Source: Gaetbulibacter jejuensis (lineage in GTDB: Bacteria; Bacteroidota; Bacteroidia; Flavobacteriales; Flavobacteriaceae). Taken from it: a stretch of 64,000 bases of DNA. The notes beneath the pieces are model-generated. The model worked only from the letters and a program-made list of their open reading frames with translations. It was not told where the DNA came from and did no database searches. Below, piece by piece: positions 19,461-29,375 of this stretch. The position numbers and the translations under genes were made by a program. Where the stretch lies: NCBI RefSeq assembly GCF_039524015.1, contig NZ_BAAAGF010000001.1:551280-615279 (forward strand), written 5' to 3'. Position 1 is the stretch's first letter. Every line of letters starts with the position of its first letter.

Positions 19461-19991
19461 ATGCGTGCTTTAAGCCATATACTATTACTCATTTGTTGTG
19501 TTATTATGCTTAGTTGTAATTCTAGATCAAAAAAAGAATTACAAACAACAGATGATGTAAAAACAGAAGATACAAATAAAATAAGCTCAAATGACATTGA
19601 AGCATTAGCTTTTGATGATTATATTTTAAGTAATGCTTCTAAAACTAAAATCATGGATTGGCAAAAACTTCATGAACTTAATACGCAGGTTGAGTTTTTA
19701 AAAAAAGGTGATTTGTCTTTCTTTTCAGCTAACGATTCTATAGTTAAATCATTTGTATTTCAACTTAAAGAAGAAACACCTGAAAATGTTGATACAGATA
19801 TTATAAAATCTAGAGTTACTGCTTTGGAAACAAAAATTCTAAAGCTTAACAATACAATTGAATTAACAAATATCCCAAAGGAAGAGGTTTTAATGAATAT
19901 TAAAGAGGTTTTGGTTGCTATGTCCAATCTCAACTTTCAAATCAACAAGAAGTTTGAACTGGATGCAAATAATATTGAGAAGCCGCTTTAA
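19461..19991 (+). CDS. Hypothetical lipoprotein
   Basis: Lipobox (MLSCNS), coiled-coil-like, no recognisable domain. Confidence 0.4.
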   Translation: MRALSHILLLICCVIMLSCNSRSKKELQTTDDVKTEDTNKISSNDIEALAFDDYILSNASKTKIMDWQKLHELNTQVEFLKKGDLSFFSANDSIVKSFVFQLKEETPENVDTDIIKSRVTALETKILKLNNTIELTNIPKEEVLMNIKEVLVAMSNLNFQINKKFELDANNIEKPL

Positions 19992-20001
19992 TAAAACTTA
20001 T

Positions 20002-20688
20002 TTACTCCTTAGCAGCTCTTGCTTGTAAAGCCTCTTTACTAATTTTAGCTAAATTAAAGTTTGGATCAGTAGCTAAAGCTCTGTTTAATACAGCTACAGC
20101 CTCATTAGTATTCGCTTCTTTGTCTTCGTTAAAAATTAATATTGCTCTTAAGTAAGTTAAAGCAGCACTTAATGATACTTGATAAGGTGTTTGCATTTCG
20201 TAGTAAGTGCGCTTCATATCGCTAGTTGCATTGGTTAACCCATATTCAATAGCTGTTTTTGCTCCAGCTAAATCGTTTAACTGAATTTTTAAATCGGCAA
20301 TTTCATAAGCTAAATACGCATTTGCTTGTCTTTGAAAAAGGACTTCATAATGCTCTAAAGCGCGTTTAGGTTGATTAAGTGCTTTTAAGGATAATGCTTT
20401 TACTTCTACATTGATATTAGAGTCTGTTGGGTTTTTATCAATACCAATAGTGTTTAATGCTTCTAGGTGTCTTCCTTCAGAAGCATAAACGTATGCCAAT
20501 GTGTCTTTTCTTGCCTGAGTAGGGTTAAGTACGTCTAAATGAGTCATGGCATTTATAATGCCTTGAATATCACCTTGTGCTGTCATTTGCTTGTAATACT
20601 TTTCAAAATGTTTTTCAAGCTCAGACTTAGTTTGCGCGCTTGCACTAAGAGCAATCATTGTTATAGATAGAAGTAAAAACTTTTTCAT
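20002..20688 (-). CDS. Secreted TPR-repeat protein
   Basis: Signal peptide plus several TPR-like repeats (…AYLAYEIADLKIQLNDLAGA…). Confidence 0.55.
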   Translation of the reverse strand: MKKFLLLSITMIALSASAQTKSELEKHFEKYYKQMTAQGDIQGIINAMTHLDVLNPTQARKDTLAYVYASEGRHLEALNTIGIDKNPTDSNINVEVKALSLKALNQPKRALEHYEVLFQRQANAYLAYEIADLKIQLNDLAGAKTAIEYGLTNATSDMKRTYYEMQTPYQVSLSAALTYLRAILIFNEDKEANTNEAVAVLNRALATDPNFNLAKISKEALQARAAKE

Positions 20689-20755
20689 GTCATAAAATTT
20701 AAAGCGTTAAAACTATAAAAATATATGGGAATAGGTCTTAAAAACTTGCTAATAT

Positions 20756-23059
20756 TTAATCAATTTGTATGGTTTTTTTAATAACCACAGCATCATTTAA
20801 TACAAATGGCTTTGGAATCATGTCTGCAGGACGTTTTGGAACTCTAAATAGAGGATTATCTAACATATCAAATGAGGCTTCAAGTAAATCAATTTTTGTG
20901 CTTTGATTTTCAGGAACAGTAAACTCAAGTTCTAAAAATTTATCATCTGCAACAAAATAACTAAATAGCCTATTGAACCTTCTGTTTTCAAAAACATAGG
21001 TTTCACTTTCAGCTTTAGGAATAGTGTAACCGTTAACGTTAAAGGATAAAAACACGTTGGTAGAATCAGAAAATAGCTCCAATCTATTCACATTTCGTTG
21101 AGGTGAAATAAATAGTTTTATTTCTCTTTTACCATCTACAATAGTATCCTTTTTAACATCAATGTAAGGGTGTTTTAAGGGTTTAATGTTAGTTTTTTTA
21201 GTAAACGTAAATTGAGTTTTATACTTACTGGCAATGGTGAATTTTGACAGTGAATCTATATGGTCTGGATTGTCAGTAAGGTAGCTTTCAGTCCAAGGGT
21301 CTAAAATATTGTCGTAAGTAGCCCAAACAGCTTCGTTTTTGTCGCTATCTAAGATGTAAACCAAACTATTTGGTTTTGGACGTTCTTCATTAAAATCAGA
21401 TTTTAAATGTGCTGAAATAAAGCAACAAATAGCTAAGAAAAACAATAAGTAAGACCATCTATTTTTATATCTAGAAAACCCAAATAGCGAGATACAAAGT
21501 GAAAATATAAGCGACACTAAAAGAGTAGTAGCAATAATAGTTTTTAGGCCTAATCCTACAGGGAACATTTTTACAAAAGGTGATAAAATCATTAATGCAG
21601 GAAACAGCAACAGTGCCATTAAAATTAAGTTAGGGTGTTTTTGTCTTACAAGAATAAATAAGCTCACTAAACCAAAATACACAGGAATAATCAAGAAACT
21701 AGCACCTTTAAGTTCAAAAGCCATAACTGCTGAAATAACTATCCAGAGCAGTAGAGGAGGAGCAACCAAGCTTGCAGTATTTTCGGGTTTGTACACTTTG
21801 TTGTACAACCACATACACACACCTGCCGAAAGGAAGGTAAATGCTAAAATATAGATGTAACCATTGTAAGTAAAACCATGTAGTATTTCATTATACTGAG
21901 GATATATTGCTTTTAAAACACTCCATCCAAAGTACCCAATTACTCCATTAATAACTAAAGCAGCAATTCCTGGTAAAATACCAATAAGCATATGTTTTGA
22001 GTTAAGCATTCTTTTTTTAATACCATAAAATACCAATGCAATAAATAATACAATGGCAATAATAAGCATTGGAAAAATCCATGTATTAGGATAGTTTACA
22101 GTTTTAAATAGCGGTACATTAAAATAGACGTCATCTACATCACTTTTTAAATTATTTAAGTTAGTATCACTAAAATAGTAGAGTAGAGGCATTAAATAAC
22201 TGCCTTGGTGCTCCAGTGTCTCTCTATCTAAGCGTTCATAATTGTCTAAAGCGGTATGGTAATCAAAATGGTCGTCAATAAATGCAAAATTAAAGCCTTC
22301 AATGTCTCCATCTTCTCTAAAAATAGTGAGATCAGTATCATTAGGTAGTTTTTTATAAACGCTATATGCGAGTGAGTTTGCTACAGGATATTTAGGGTTG
22401 GCTTCAATAAAACCTTTAACCATATTTTGGTTGCCTCCATTGGTTTCAATAAGCATGTAACTTGGCCCTCCACTTCCTCTGGCTTCAAAATTTAATACTA
22501 AACCAATGTCTTTTGCCCAAGCATGATTATTTACAAACAGTTCAGCTCCATTAAGTCCTAATTCTTCAGCATCAGAAATTAAAATAATAATATCATTTTT
22601 AGGCTGTTTACCTTCGTGTAGGTAAGCTCTTAACCCTTCTAAAATTGTTACCACACCAGATCCAGCATCACTAGATCCAATTGATGAATGCGGATTACTA
22701 TCATAATGTGTAAGTAGCATAAGCGCTTTGGAGTTATCAGTCCCTTTTAGTCTTGCTAAAATGTTTTTAGGTTTGGTTAAGCTTCCCCATTTTTTATTGT
22801 AACTGTAACCGTCTTGAACTTGAGTTTCTAAACCTAATTTTTCTAATTCTTCAATAATATAGTTTCTTACATTTTCGTGTTCGGGAGAACCAACATAATG
22901 AGGTGCTTTTGATATTTCTTTTAAATGAACCAATGCACGTTGTGTAGAAAAGGTATTGTCATTGGCATCTAGCTGACTTATTTTGTTAGGCATTAGGGCA
23001 GAAAAGCTCCAATAAATAGCAATAATTAAGAGTAGAAAAGCTATAATTTTTTTAAACAT
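20756..23059 (-). CDS. Membrane-anchored M28 family peptidase (N-terminal M28 aminopeptidase domain followed by about 9 TM helices and a C-terminal beta-rich domain)
   Basis: M28 metal-ligand region (…HYDS…, DAEELGLNGA…), long polytopic membrane middle section. Confidence 0.65.
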   Translation of the reverse strand: MFKKIIAFLLLIIAIYWSFSALMPNKISQLDANDNTFSTQRALVHLKEISKAPHYVGSPEHENVRNYIIEELEKLGLETQVQDGYSYNKKWGSLTKPKNILARLKGTDNSKALMLLTHYDSNPHSSIGSSDAGSGVVTILEGLRAYLHEGKQPKNDIIILISDAEELGLNGAELFVNNHAWAKDIGLVLNFEARGSGGPSYMLIETNGGNQNMVKGFIEANPKYPVANSLAYSVYKKLPNDTDLTIFREDGDIEGFNFAFIDDHFDYHTALDNYERLDRETLEHQGSYLMPLLYYFSDTNLNNLKSDVDDVYFNVPLFKTVNYPNTWIFPMLIIAIVLFIALVFYGIKKRMLNSKHMLIGILPGIAALVINGVIGYFGWSVLKAIYPQYNEILHGFTYNGYIYILAFTFLSAGVCMWLYNKVYKPENTASLVAPPLLLWIVISAVMAFELKGASFLIIPVYFGLVSLFILVRQKHPNLILMALLLFPALMILSPFVKMFPVGLGLKTIIATTLLVSLIFSLCISLFGFSRYKNRWSYLLFFLAICCFISAHLKSDFNEERPKPNSLVYILDSDKNEAVWATYDNILDPWTESYLTDNPDHIDSLSKFTIASKYKTQFTFTKKTNIKPLKHPYIDVKKDTIVDGKREIKLFISPQRNVNRLELFSDSTNVFLSFNVNGYTIPKAESETYVFENRRFNRLFSYFVADDKFLELEFTVPENQSTKIDLLEASFDMLDNPLFRVPKRPADMIPKPFVLNDAVVIKKTIQID

Positions 23060-23174
23060 AGGAAAGCGTGTTAGTTAGTCTTCTAAATTTACAAAATTAT
23101 TTCCTATAAAAATATAGTTAGGTTAAGTCGTTTTAAATCAGTAAATTTAAGACTAACATTATTAATAATTAGTT

Positions 23175-23642
23175 ATGGGAATTAAGAGTTTTCAAGGTGC
23201 CAGAAAGCAACAAATTAACGCTACTGAAAGCACACAGTTAAAAGTGAGCGATTACATGTCAACCAGTTTAATAACTTTTAAACCAGAACAGTCAGTTGAA
23301 GAAGTTATCGAATCTTTAATACGAAATAAGATTTCTGGAGGACCTGTGGTTAATGATAAAAACGAACTTGTAGGTATAATTTCAGAAGGAGATTGCCTAA
23401 AGCAAATAAGTGATAGCAGATATTACAATATGCCAATGGCTCAAGACAATGTTGAAAAGCGCATGATAAGAGATGTTGAGACTATAGATGGCAACATGAA
23501 CGTGTTTGATGCTGCTAATAAATTTTTAAATTCTAAAAGGCGTCGTTTTCCTATTGTTGAAAACGGTAAGCTAGTAGGTCAAATTAGCCAAAAGGATATT
23601 TTAAAAGCAGCAATGCAGTTAAAAGGACATAACTGGAAGTAA
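23175..23642 (+). CDS. CBS-pair domain protein
   Basis: Two CBS motifs (…GPVVNDKNELVGIISEGD… / …FPIVENGKLVGQISQKDIL…). Confidence 0.7.
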   Translation: MGIKSFQGARKQQINATESTQLKVSDYMSTSLITFKPEQSVEEVIESLIRNKISGGPVVNDKNELVGIISEGDCLKQISDSRYYNMPMAQDNVEKRMIRDVETIDGNMNVFDAANKFLNSKRRRFPIVENGKLVGQISQKDILKAAMQLKGHNWK

Positions 23643-23643
23643 T

Positions 23644-24348
23644 TTAATGTCTTTTAAAGTTCACGGTTTCAGGCAAATCTGTAATTATAATTTTTTGTTT
23701 AACATCACTTTCTAAAGTTGCTATTTTGGAGTAGTTATATTCAGGAATAGGTTCGCTAAGGTTTTTCCATTTTACTATTCCAGCAACCGTTATGGTTTCT
23801 CCAATTTCAATTATACCTTCTTTGTAACGAAGCGTTTTATTGAATCCAAAATACCCTGTTGAGTCTATATTATACCTTTTTAAAAGAGATTCAAATTCTG
23901 GAGTAGGATTGTTAAAAGTACCTGAAGATGTTTTCTTGTCAATTACTAAATGACTTTTATAGTTTTTTGGATGTTGAGTTGGCTTAATAATAACCATATT
24001 GCCATTACTCTCAATAAAGAAATCCTGAAATCGCTCTTCTTCAATTAAGGTTCTCCAATACGAATTTTTGCCATTGCTTTTCTTCTGTTCAATTTTAATA
24101 TAATAGAAAATACACTTTCTTTTACTAAGTGGAGCAATCAAAGGGTTTTGAACATGCAACGCTTTACCACTTACCTTAACAAATTCATTGCTTTTAAAAC
24201 TACTTACAGGTTTATAAGGTGTCTTTGCTAAAATTCGTAGTATAGTTTGTTTTGAACTGAAGTAGTATGATGTTATTCCAATTATACTAAGAATAAGAAT
24301 AACAATGCCTATAATTAGAAATGGTGAGGTTGATAAAAATGGAAGCAT
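23644..24348 (-). CDS. Hypothetical membrane-anchored protein (single N-terminal TM)
   Basis: N-terminal TM helix, no recognisable domain. Confidence 0.4.
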   Translation of the reverse strand: MLPFLSTSPFLIIGIVILILSIIGITSYYFSSKQTILRILAKTPYKPVSSFKSNEFVKVSGKALHVQNPLIAPLSKRKCIFYYIKIEQKKSNGKNSYWRTLIEEERFQDFFIESNGNMVIIKPTQHPKNYKSHLVIDKKTSSGTFNNPTPEFESLLKRYNIDSTGYFGFNKTLRYKEGIIEIGETITVAGIVKWKNLSEPIPEYNYSKIATLESDVKQKIIITDLPETVNFKRH

Positions 24349-24404
24349 GAAAATTTAATTATTGAATACACTATTAGTTGGACATTTACTTTAAATGTTA
24401 CAGT

Positions 24405-24755
24405 TTAACTTTCTCGCTTTACCAGTGCATAGTAGTCGCCTTCAATGGGTAAGTAGCCTTGGTCGTAAACAAAGTAATAAACAGTACCTGCTTTGGTTGT
24501 ATAAATACTTGTTATGTAATTAAAGTCAAACCCTTTTTCAATAAGTTTTGCTCTCGAGGTTTTAGTTTTTTGCTCAGGGTTTAGTGCTTCAAGAATTCTG
24601 TAGTTTTTTCTAAGTCGGTTGTTGGTGTTTCGTATTAAGTTTTTACTGTCTTTATTCACTCTGTTATTATATGAATTCCGACAAGCATCGCTACAGAATT
24701 TTTTATCAATTCTGCCAACTATTTTCTCACCACATTCAGGACAAGTTTTTTTCAT
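24405..24755 (-). CDS. Hypothetical protein with N-terminal CxxC…CxxxC zinc-ribbon
   Basis: MKKTCPECGEKIVGRIDKKFCSDACRNSY zinc-ribbon-like N-terminus; the rest is uncharacterised. Confidence 0.4.
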   Translation of the reverse strand: MKKTCPECGEKIVGRIDKKFCSDACRNSYNNRVNKDSKNLIRNTNNRLRKNYRILEALNPEQKTKTSRAKLIEKGFDFNYITSIYTTKAGTVYYFVYDQGYLPIEGDYYALVKRES

Positions 24756-25287
24756 AATCGTTTAGTTTTAATTCATACCAAGAGGCTTTTTCGCCTTCAC
24801 AATCAAAAACTTCAATATGTTGTAATCCAATTTTTTGAAGCACTTTATTTGAGCCAATATTATCTGTAAGAGCAACTCCTACAATGGTTTTGTATTGTTT
24901 TACTTTAAAGCCATAATCTAATGCAACAATAGCCGATTCGGTTGCGTAACCTTTTCCCCAATATCGAGGAATAAAGCGATAACCAATATCATAAAAATCT
25001 TGTTTTCCGTTTAAAGAATCTTTTTCACCTGTATTAAGTTTTAACCCTGACCAACCTATAAAATCTCCTGTAGATTTTTCAATAGCAGCCCAACGACCAA
25101 TTCCTCTTTCTTCGTATTGTTTTATAATGGATTGTATTATTTTTTCTGAATCCTGTTTGGTCTTTACAGGTTTATTGCCCAAGTATTTGTGGACTATTGG
25201 GTTAGAATCTAATTCAAACATACCTTCAATATCAGTAGGTAATATCTCTCTTAGAATTAAACGTTCAGTTTCTAATAATGCTTTCAT
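24736..25287 (-). CDS. GNAT family N-acetyltransferase (RimJ/RimL-like)
   Basis: Acetyl-CoA binding motif region (…RYWGKGYATES…), 183 aa. Confidence 0.7.
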   Translation of the reverse strand: MKALLETERLILREILPTDIEGMFELDSNPIVHKYLGNKPVKTKQDSEKIIQSIIKQYEERGIGRWAAIEKSTGDFIGWSGLKLNTGEKDSLNGKQDFYDIGYRFIPRYWGKGYATESAIVALDYGFKVKQYKTIVGVALTDNIGSNKVLQKIGLQHIEVFDCEGEKASWYELKLNDYEKNLS

Positions 25288-25504
25288 TTATAAGTGATTA
25301 TTAATAGCGATTTAGCTTGTATACAATATACAAATTATTCGTTTACAAACGACTACAAACATTTACAAACGAATTTAAACAGTTAATAACCGAATAAATT
25401 TTGGTATCTGTTTCATATTTGCAGTGTCGAATTAATACTGGATGCACTTCAGTAACATAAGAACTCGATAGTATTAACTGTTTAACATTTAAAAAATTAA
25501 AATT

Positions 25505-25837
25505 ATGAACACGCTTAGAAACAAAGTACAGTTGATTGGTAGATTAGGACAGGATCCTGAAATTGTAAATTTTGATGATGATAATAAAATTGCCAAATTT
25601 TCTTTAGCTACAGATGATAGCTATAAAGACAAAAACGGAAACAAAGTAGAACGCGCTTACTGGCATAATATTATTGTTCGTGGTGGTCTTGTAAAAGTAG
25701 TAGAGAATTATATTTCTAAAGGACAAGAAATTGCGGTTGAAGGGAAACTTACCAATCGCTCTTGGGAAGACAAAGAAGGTAAAAAACACTATACTACTGA
25801 AATAGTTTGTAATGAACTTTTGATGTTGAGTAAATAA
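25505..25837 (+). CDS. ssb: Single-stranded DNA-binding protein (short OB-fold SSB, no acidic tail)
   Basis: MNTLRNKVQLIGRLGQDPE… canonical SSB OB-fold N-terminus; 110 aa. Confidence 0.75.
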   Translation: MNTLRNKVQLIGRLGQDPEIVNFDDDNKIAKFSLATDDSYKDKNGNKVERAYWHNIIVRGGLVKVVENYISKGQEIAVEGKLTNRSWEDKEGKKHYTTEIVCNELLMLSK

Positions 25838-25842
25838 ACTGC

Positions 25843-25878
25843 AATAAAAAAACCGCTCATTCGAGCGGTTTTTTTATT
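25843..25878. terminator. Bidirectional intrinsic terminator (accgctc-attcga-gagcggt) between ssb (+) and nrdA (-)
   Basis: A-run, hairpin, T-run. Confidence 0.7.
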
Positions 25879-25892
25879 ATTTAATATTGTGA

Positions 25893-27674
25893 TTAAGCCT
25901 CACAGCTTGTACACTCTTTTTTCTGTTTGAATTTTTGTGCAGCATTCATACTGTGTTGGTAATACAATGATTTTAAACCAAGCTTCCAAGCTGTAACATG
26001 AATGTTGTTTATTTCTTTTACAGGCATTTCAGGATGTACAATAATGTTTACAGATTGTCCTTGATCTATAAATTCTTGTCTTGCTGATGCTTGATAAACT
26101 ACATCTAATTGGTCAATTTCAGAGTACGTTTTAAACACGTTTTTTTCTTGTTCTGTTAAAAACTCTAAATGTTGTACAGAACCATCCATATCTCTAATGC
26201 TTCTCCAAACTTCGGTAGTGTTTTGTCCTTTTTCTTCTAATAAATTTTCCAAGAAAGGATTCTTTATTGTTGTTTTTATTTTAGCAATATCTTTTACATA
26301 AATATTTGACCATATTGGCTCAATACCTTGAGATACTTGTCCTAAAATAAACGCCGAAGATGTTGTAGGTGCTACAGCGTTTAATGTTGTGTTTCTACGA
26401 CCGTAACCTTTTAATACTTTAGGCTCTCCAAATTTTACAGCCAACTCTTCTGAAGCTTTGTATGAACGCTCTTTTATAGTTTTAAAGATTTCACGGTTTA
26501 AGTTAAATGCTTCTTGACTATCAAAGGCATGCATTCTAGACTGTAATAAAGAGTGCCATCCTAAAACACCTAATCCTAAAGCACGGTTTTCTTTTGCAAA
26601 GTTGTAAGCACGCTCCATAAACAAGAATGTTTGACGGTCATCTCTATTATCAGAATCACGATATACTTCTAGTTTTTCAATGAATTCTGTTATTACAGCA
26701 TCCAAGAAATAAATCATAGTTTCTACTGCGTCTGTGCTTTTCCACTTATCGTAGTGTAATACATTTATACTAGAAAGTACACATACAAACGACCAATCAT
26801 CGTTTGATGGTAACATAATTTCAGTACATAAGTTACTTGCGTGTATGCTGTGGTTTTTATCTTTATAAACTTCTGGTTTACCATTGTTAGCATTGTCTGT
26901 AAAGAATACATAAGGGTAACCCATTTCACCACGACTTTGTAATACTTTTGCCCAAATAGTACGTTTTTCAACATCACCAGCAATCATTTCTTCCATCCAC
27001 TTGTTGGTAACTGTTACACCATGTGTTAACTGCTGTATTGGGTTACCTTCAGTACCTATTTCTAAAAACTCTTTAATATCTGGATGCTCAATTGGTAAAT
27101 ATGGAGAAAAACGACCACGACGTACAGAACCTTGACTAACCACATCAACCATAGACTCAAACAACTGCATAATATGAACTGCACCAGATGCTTGCCCATT
27201 GTTTTTTACAGGAGCTCCTCTATGACGAATTTTACCAAAAAACCCAGAAGTACCACCACCTAATTTTGACATCATACCAACTTCTGACTGTGTGTAAAGA
27301 ATATTACCCATGTCATCATCAATATGAGAACCAAAACAGCTTATTGGTAAACCACGTTCTTTACCAAAGTTAGACCAAACTGGAGACGCTAAAGAGAAAA
27401 ACCCTTCAGACATATAGTGATAAAACTTATCTGCATATCCAGGAATTTGAAGAATATGTTCTGCGCGTTCAGCAATTTCTCTAATACGTTGCTTGGGCGT
27501 TACGCCTTCGGTTAAGTATCCTGATTCTAAAAACTGTTGACTGTATTCGTTTAACCACTCAAATCCTTCTTCCTTTTTCGTGTTGGTTAAAAATTCTTTT
27601 CGGGCATTTACTAGTTCATCAGTTGTGTTTTTTTGATCTTGTAGTTGCGGCTGGTGTATTGTTTTGTTCTCCAT
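25893..27674 (-). CDS. nrdA: Ribonucleoside-diphosphate reductase alpha subunit NrdA, short form lacking an N-terminal ATP-cone (class Id type)
   Basis: Active-site NLCTEI, C-terminal CxxC tail (CTSCEA) and YY radical-transfer pair; 593 aa with no ATP-cone. Confidence 0.85.
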   Translation of the reverse strand: MENKTIHQPQLQDQKNTTDELVNARKEFLTNTKKEEGFEWLNEYSQQFLESGYLTEGVTPKQRIREIAERAEHILQIPGYADKFYHYMSEGFFSLASPVWSNFGKERGLPISCFGSHIDDDMGNILYTQSEVGMMSKLGGGTSGFFGKIRHRGAPVKNNGQASGAVHIMQLFESMVDVVSQGSVRRGRFSPYLPIEHPDIKEFLEIGTEGNPIQQLTHGVTVTNKWMEEMIAGDVEKRTIWAKVLQSRGEMGYPYVFFTDNANNGKPEVYKDKNHSIHASNLCTEIMLPSNDDWSFVCVLSSINVLHYDKWKSTDAVETMIYFLDAVITEFIEKLEVYRDSDNRDDRQTFLFMERAYNFAKENRALGLGVLGWHSLLQSRMHAFDSQEAFNLNREIFKTIKERSYKASEELAVKFGEPKVLKGYGRRNTTLNAVAPTTSSAFILGQVSQGIEPIWSNIYVKDIAKIKTTIKNPFLENLLEEKGQNTTEVWRSIRDMDGSVQHLEFLTEQEKNVFKTYSEIDQLDVVYQASARQEFIDQGQSVNIIVHPEMPVKEINNIHVTAWKLGLKSLYYQHSMNAAQKFKQKKECTSCEA

Positions 27675-27694
27675 AGGTTATAAAAATAGTCTGG

Positions 27695-28969
27695 TTAAAA
27701 TAAGTCGTCGCTTGTTATACTTTGTGTTCTTTTACTGTAATTGATAGAGCGTTTTACAAAGAAATCGCCATGTTTTGTACCAATAATCTCGTCATCAAAC
27801 CATTCGGTTTGTGTAAGTAGTGTTTCGTCTATATCAAATACTTTTTCAATACCAATGCTTTCTAAAGATTTGTTGAAACGGTTTTTAATAAACTCGTTTA
27901 CAACTGCTTTTGGTAAGAAATCTAATTCGCCTTCTTCAAAAATCCAATCTACAATCTTGCTTTCAGCAACATAGGCTTCTTTACACATATCTTGAATCAT
28001 GGTATTGTAGCTTGCATCAAACCACTCTGGGTGCTCATCTTTGATAATATTGATGATATCTATACCGAAATCTCCATGAATTTGCTCTTCTTTTGATGTT
28101 GCTTCAACTACGTTAGAGATACCTTTAAGCATATTTTTATGCTTGTTGAATGCCATAATGATTAAGAATTGAGAGAATAAAGACACGTGCTCAATAAATA
28201 ATGAGAACAATAATACAGACTCTGCATATTCTTGATTGTTTTCACTTTTAGCGTTTTTTAATGCAGTTTCTAAATACTGCACACGCTTCATGATTACTGG
28301 CTTTTTCTTTAGCTCTTCAAATTCTTTGTTTAGTCCTAAAATTTCAAGAAGGTGCGAGTATGCATCAGCATGTCTTACTTCACTTTCTGCAAATGTTGAA
28401 CCTACAGATCCTATTTCAGGCTTTGGCATTCTATGGTAAATATCTCCCCAAAACGTTTTTACTGCAATCTCAATTTGAGAAATTGCAAGCATCGTATTTT
28501 TTATAGCAGATTTTTCTACTTCAGAAAGATTTGATTTGAAATCTTGTATATCACTTGTGAAATTAAACTCGGTATGTATCCAATATGAATGACGAATTGC
28601 TGGAACATATTCGTATAATTGAGGATACTCGTAAGGTTTTAAGTTTACACGTTTTTCAAAAATGTTACTCTTACGACTTAAAGCTTGTTTGTTTCTGTAT
28701 AAAATGTAAGCTTTTGCAACATCGTGAAAAGAACTTTCCATTAATTTATCTTCTACAACATCTTGCACTTCCTCAACCGTAGGCAAATAATCTTTATCCT
28801 GATTTTTCCTTTGTAACAATACGTCATAAACGTTATTTGCTATAAGTTGAGCGTCTCCAAATTCTCCATTTTCAACCGCTTTCATTGCCTTTAAAATAGC
28901 GTTTGTGATTTTGCTTAATTCAAAAGGTTTCTGGCTAAAATTTCTTTTAGTAATGTGTAAAATTTCCAT
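27695..28969 (-). CDS. nrdB: Ribonucleotide reductase beta subunit NrdB with N-terminal ATP-cone domain
   Basis: 424 aa; the first about 100 aa form an ATP-cone (ILHITKRNFSQKPFELSKITNAI…), followed by a ferritin-like R2 core (…EAVHA…-type metal ligands, …YLETALKNA…). Confidence 0.85.
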   Translation of the reverse strand: MEILHITKRNFSQKPFELSKITNAILKAMKAVENGEFGDAQLIANNVYDVLLQRKNQDKDYLPTVEEVQDVVEDKLMESSFHDVAKAYILYRNKQALSRKSNIFEKRVNLKPYEYPQLYEYVPAIRHSYWIHTEFNFTSDIQDFKSNLSEVEKSAIKNTMLAISQIEIAVKTFWGDIYHRMPKPEIGSVGSTFAESEVRHADAYSHLLEILGLNKEFEELKKKPVIMKRVQYLETALKNAKSENNQEYAESVLLFSLFIEHVSLFSQFLIIMAFNKHKNMLKGISNVVEATSKEEQIHGDFGIDIINIIKDEHPEWFDASYNTMIQDMCKEAYVAESKIVDWIFEEGELDFLPKAVVNEFIKNRFNKSLESIGIEKVFDIDETLLTQTEWFDDEIIGTKHGDFFVKRSINYSKRTQSITSDDLF

Positions 28970-29148
28970 AAGTAATAACGAATTATAGTGTATCTAATAA
29001 GATAATGTAAAAGTGATAAATTATTCTAAATGAAATGAAATGTGTTAAATATTCTTCTTAACAATTTATCAACATAAAGATATTTTTTGCCATTTTTTTC
29101 AATGAAATAAAAGGGTTCAGAAAGATTAACTTCTATCTAATTTTTTCT

Positions 29149-29178
29149 TTGAATAAACTTAAATAATACTCATATTTG
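29149..29178 (+). promoter_or_regulatory. Promoter-like element (TTG, N21, cATATTTGca) directly upstream of a small ORF; copy 1 of a repeated 27-nt motif
   Basis: The motif TCATATTTGCATCaCAaAAATGAAAA (29170-29196) recurs at 29572-29599; it resembles the Bacteroidetes -7 TAnnTTTG box. Confidence 0.35.
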
Positions 29179-29186
29179 CATCACAA

Positions 29187-29303
29187 ATGAAAAAAATAAT
29201 AGTACATAAAGCACCAGGATTACTGTTTAGTCAGTGTGATTATCGTGGAATTGAGATGACAAATCTTTTCCCTATAGGACGTTTTATTGCTATTTTTAAT
29301 TAA
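29187..29303 (+). CDS. Small ORF (38 aa, MKKIIVHKAPGLLFSQCDYRGIEMTNLFPIGRFIAIFN) between the promoter-like motif and an intrinsic terminator
   Basis: The ATG is embedded in the conserved motif; a terminator lies 40 nt downstream; no homolog recognised. Confidence 0.25.
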   Translation: MKKIIVHKAPGLLFSQCDYRGIEMTNLFPIGRFIAIFN

Positions 29304-29345
29304 TTTTAGGAGTGAATTAAATCAACTAATTATATAATAACAGCA

Positions 29346-29375
29346 AGCGTCCAAGAAATTGGACGCTTTTTTTAT
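29346..29375 (+). terminator. Intrinsic terminator (agcgtccaa-gaaa-ttggacgct plus T7)
   Basis: Perfect 9-bp stem, tetraloop, T-run. Confidence 0.65.

Noticed and set aside
26765-27373. Small ORFs of 61-72 aa inside nrdA on both strands
   Set aside because: They are embedded within a well-supported conserved CDS and are shadow ORFs. The same applies to the other short ORFs in the track (953-1156, 2887-3324, 3499-3813, 6293-6505, 6830-7075, 10387-10587, 12263-12634, 13355-13537, 19415-19597, 25604-25789, 27741-28782 set, 31914-32117, 34856-35275, 38262-38462, 38769-40605 set, 41232-41501, 42432-42641, 45698-46000, 46719-47000, 47723-47944, 50193-50423, 53348-53593, 55226-56182, 58696-59245, 59702-59929, 60702-60899).
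29053-29066. Tandem pentamer (aatga)x3 upstream of nrdB
   Set aside because: It is too short and AT-rich to be meaningful. It is probably incidental.
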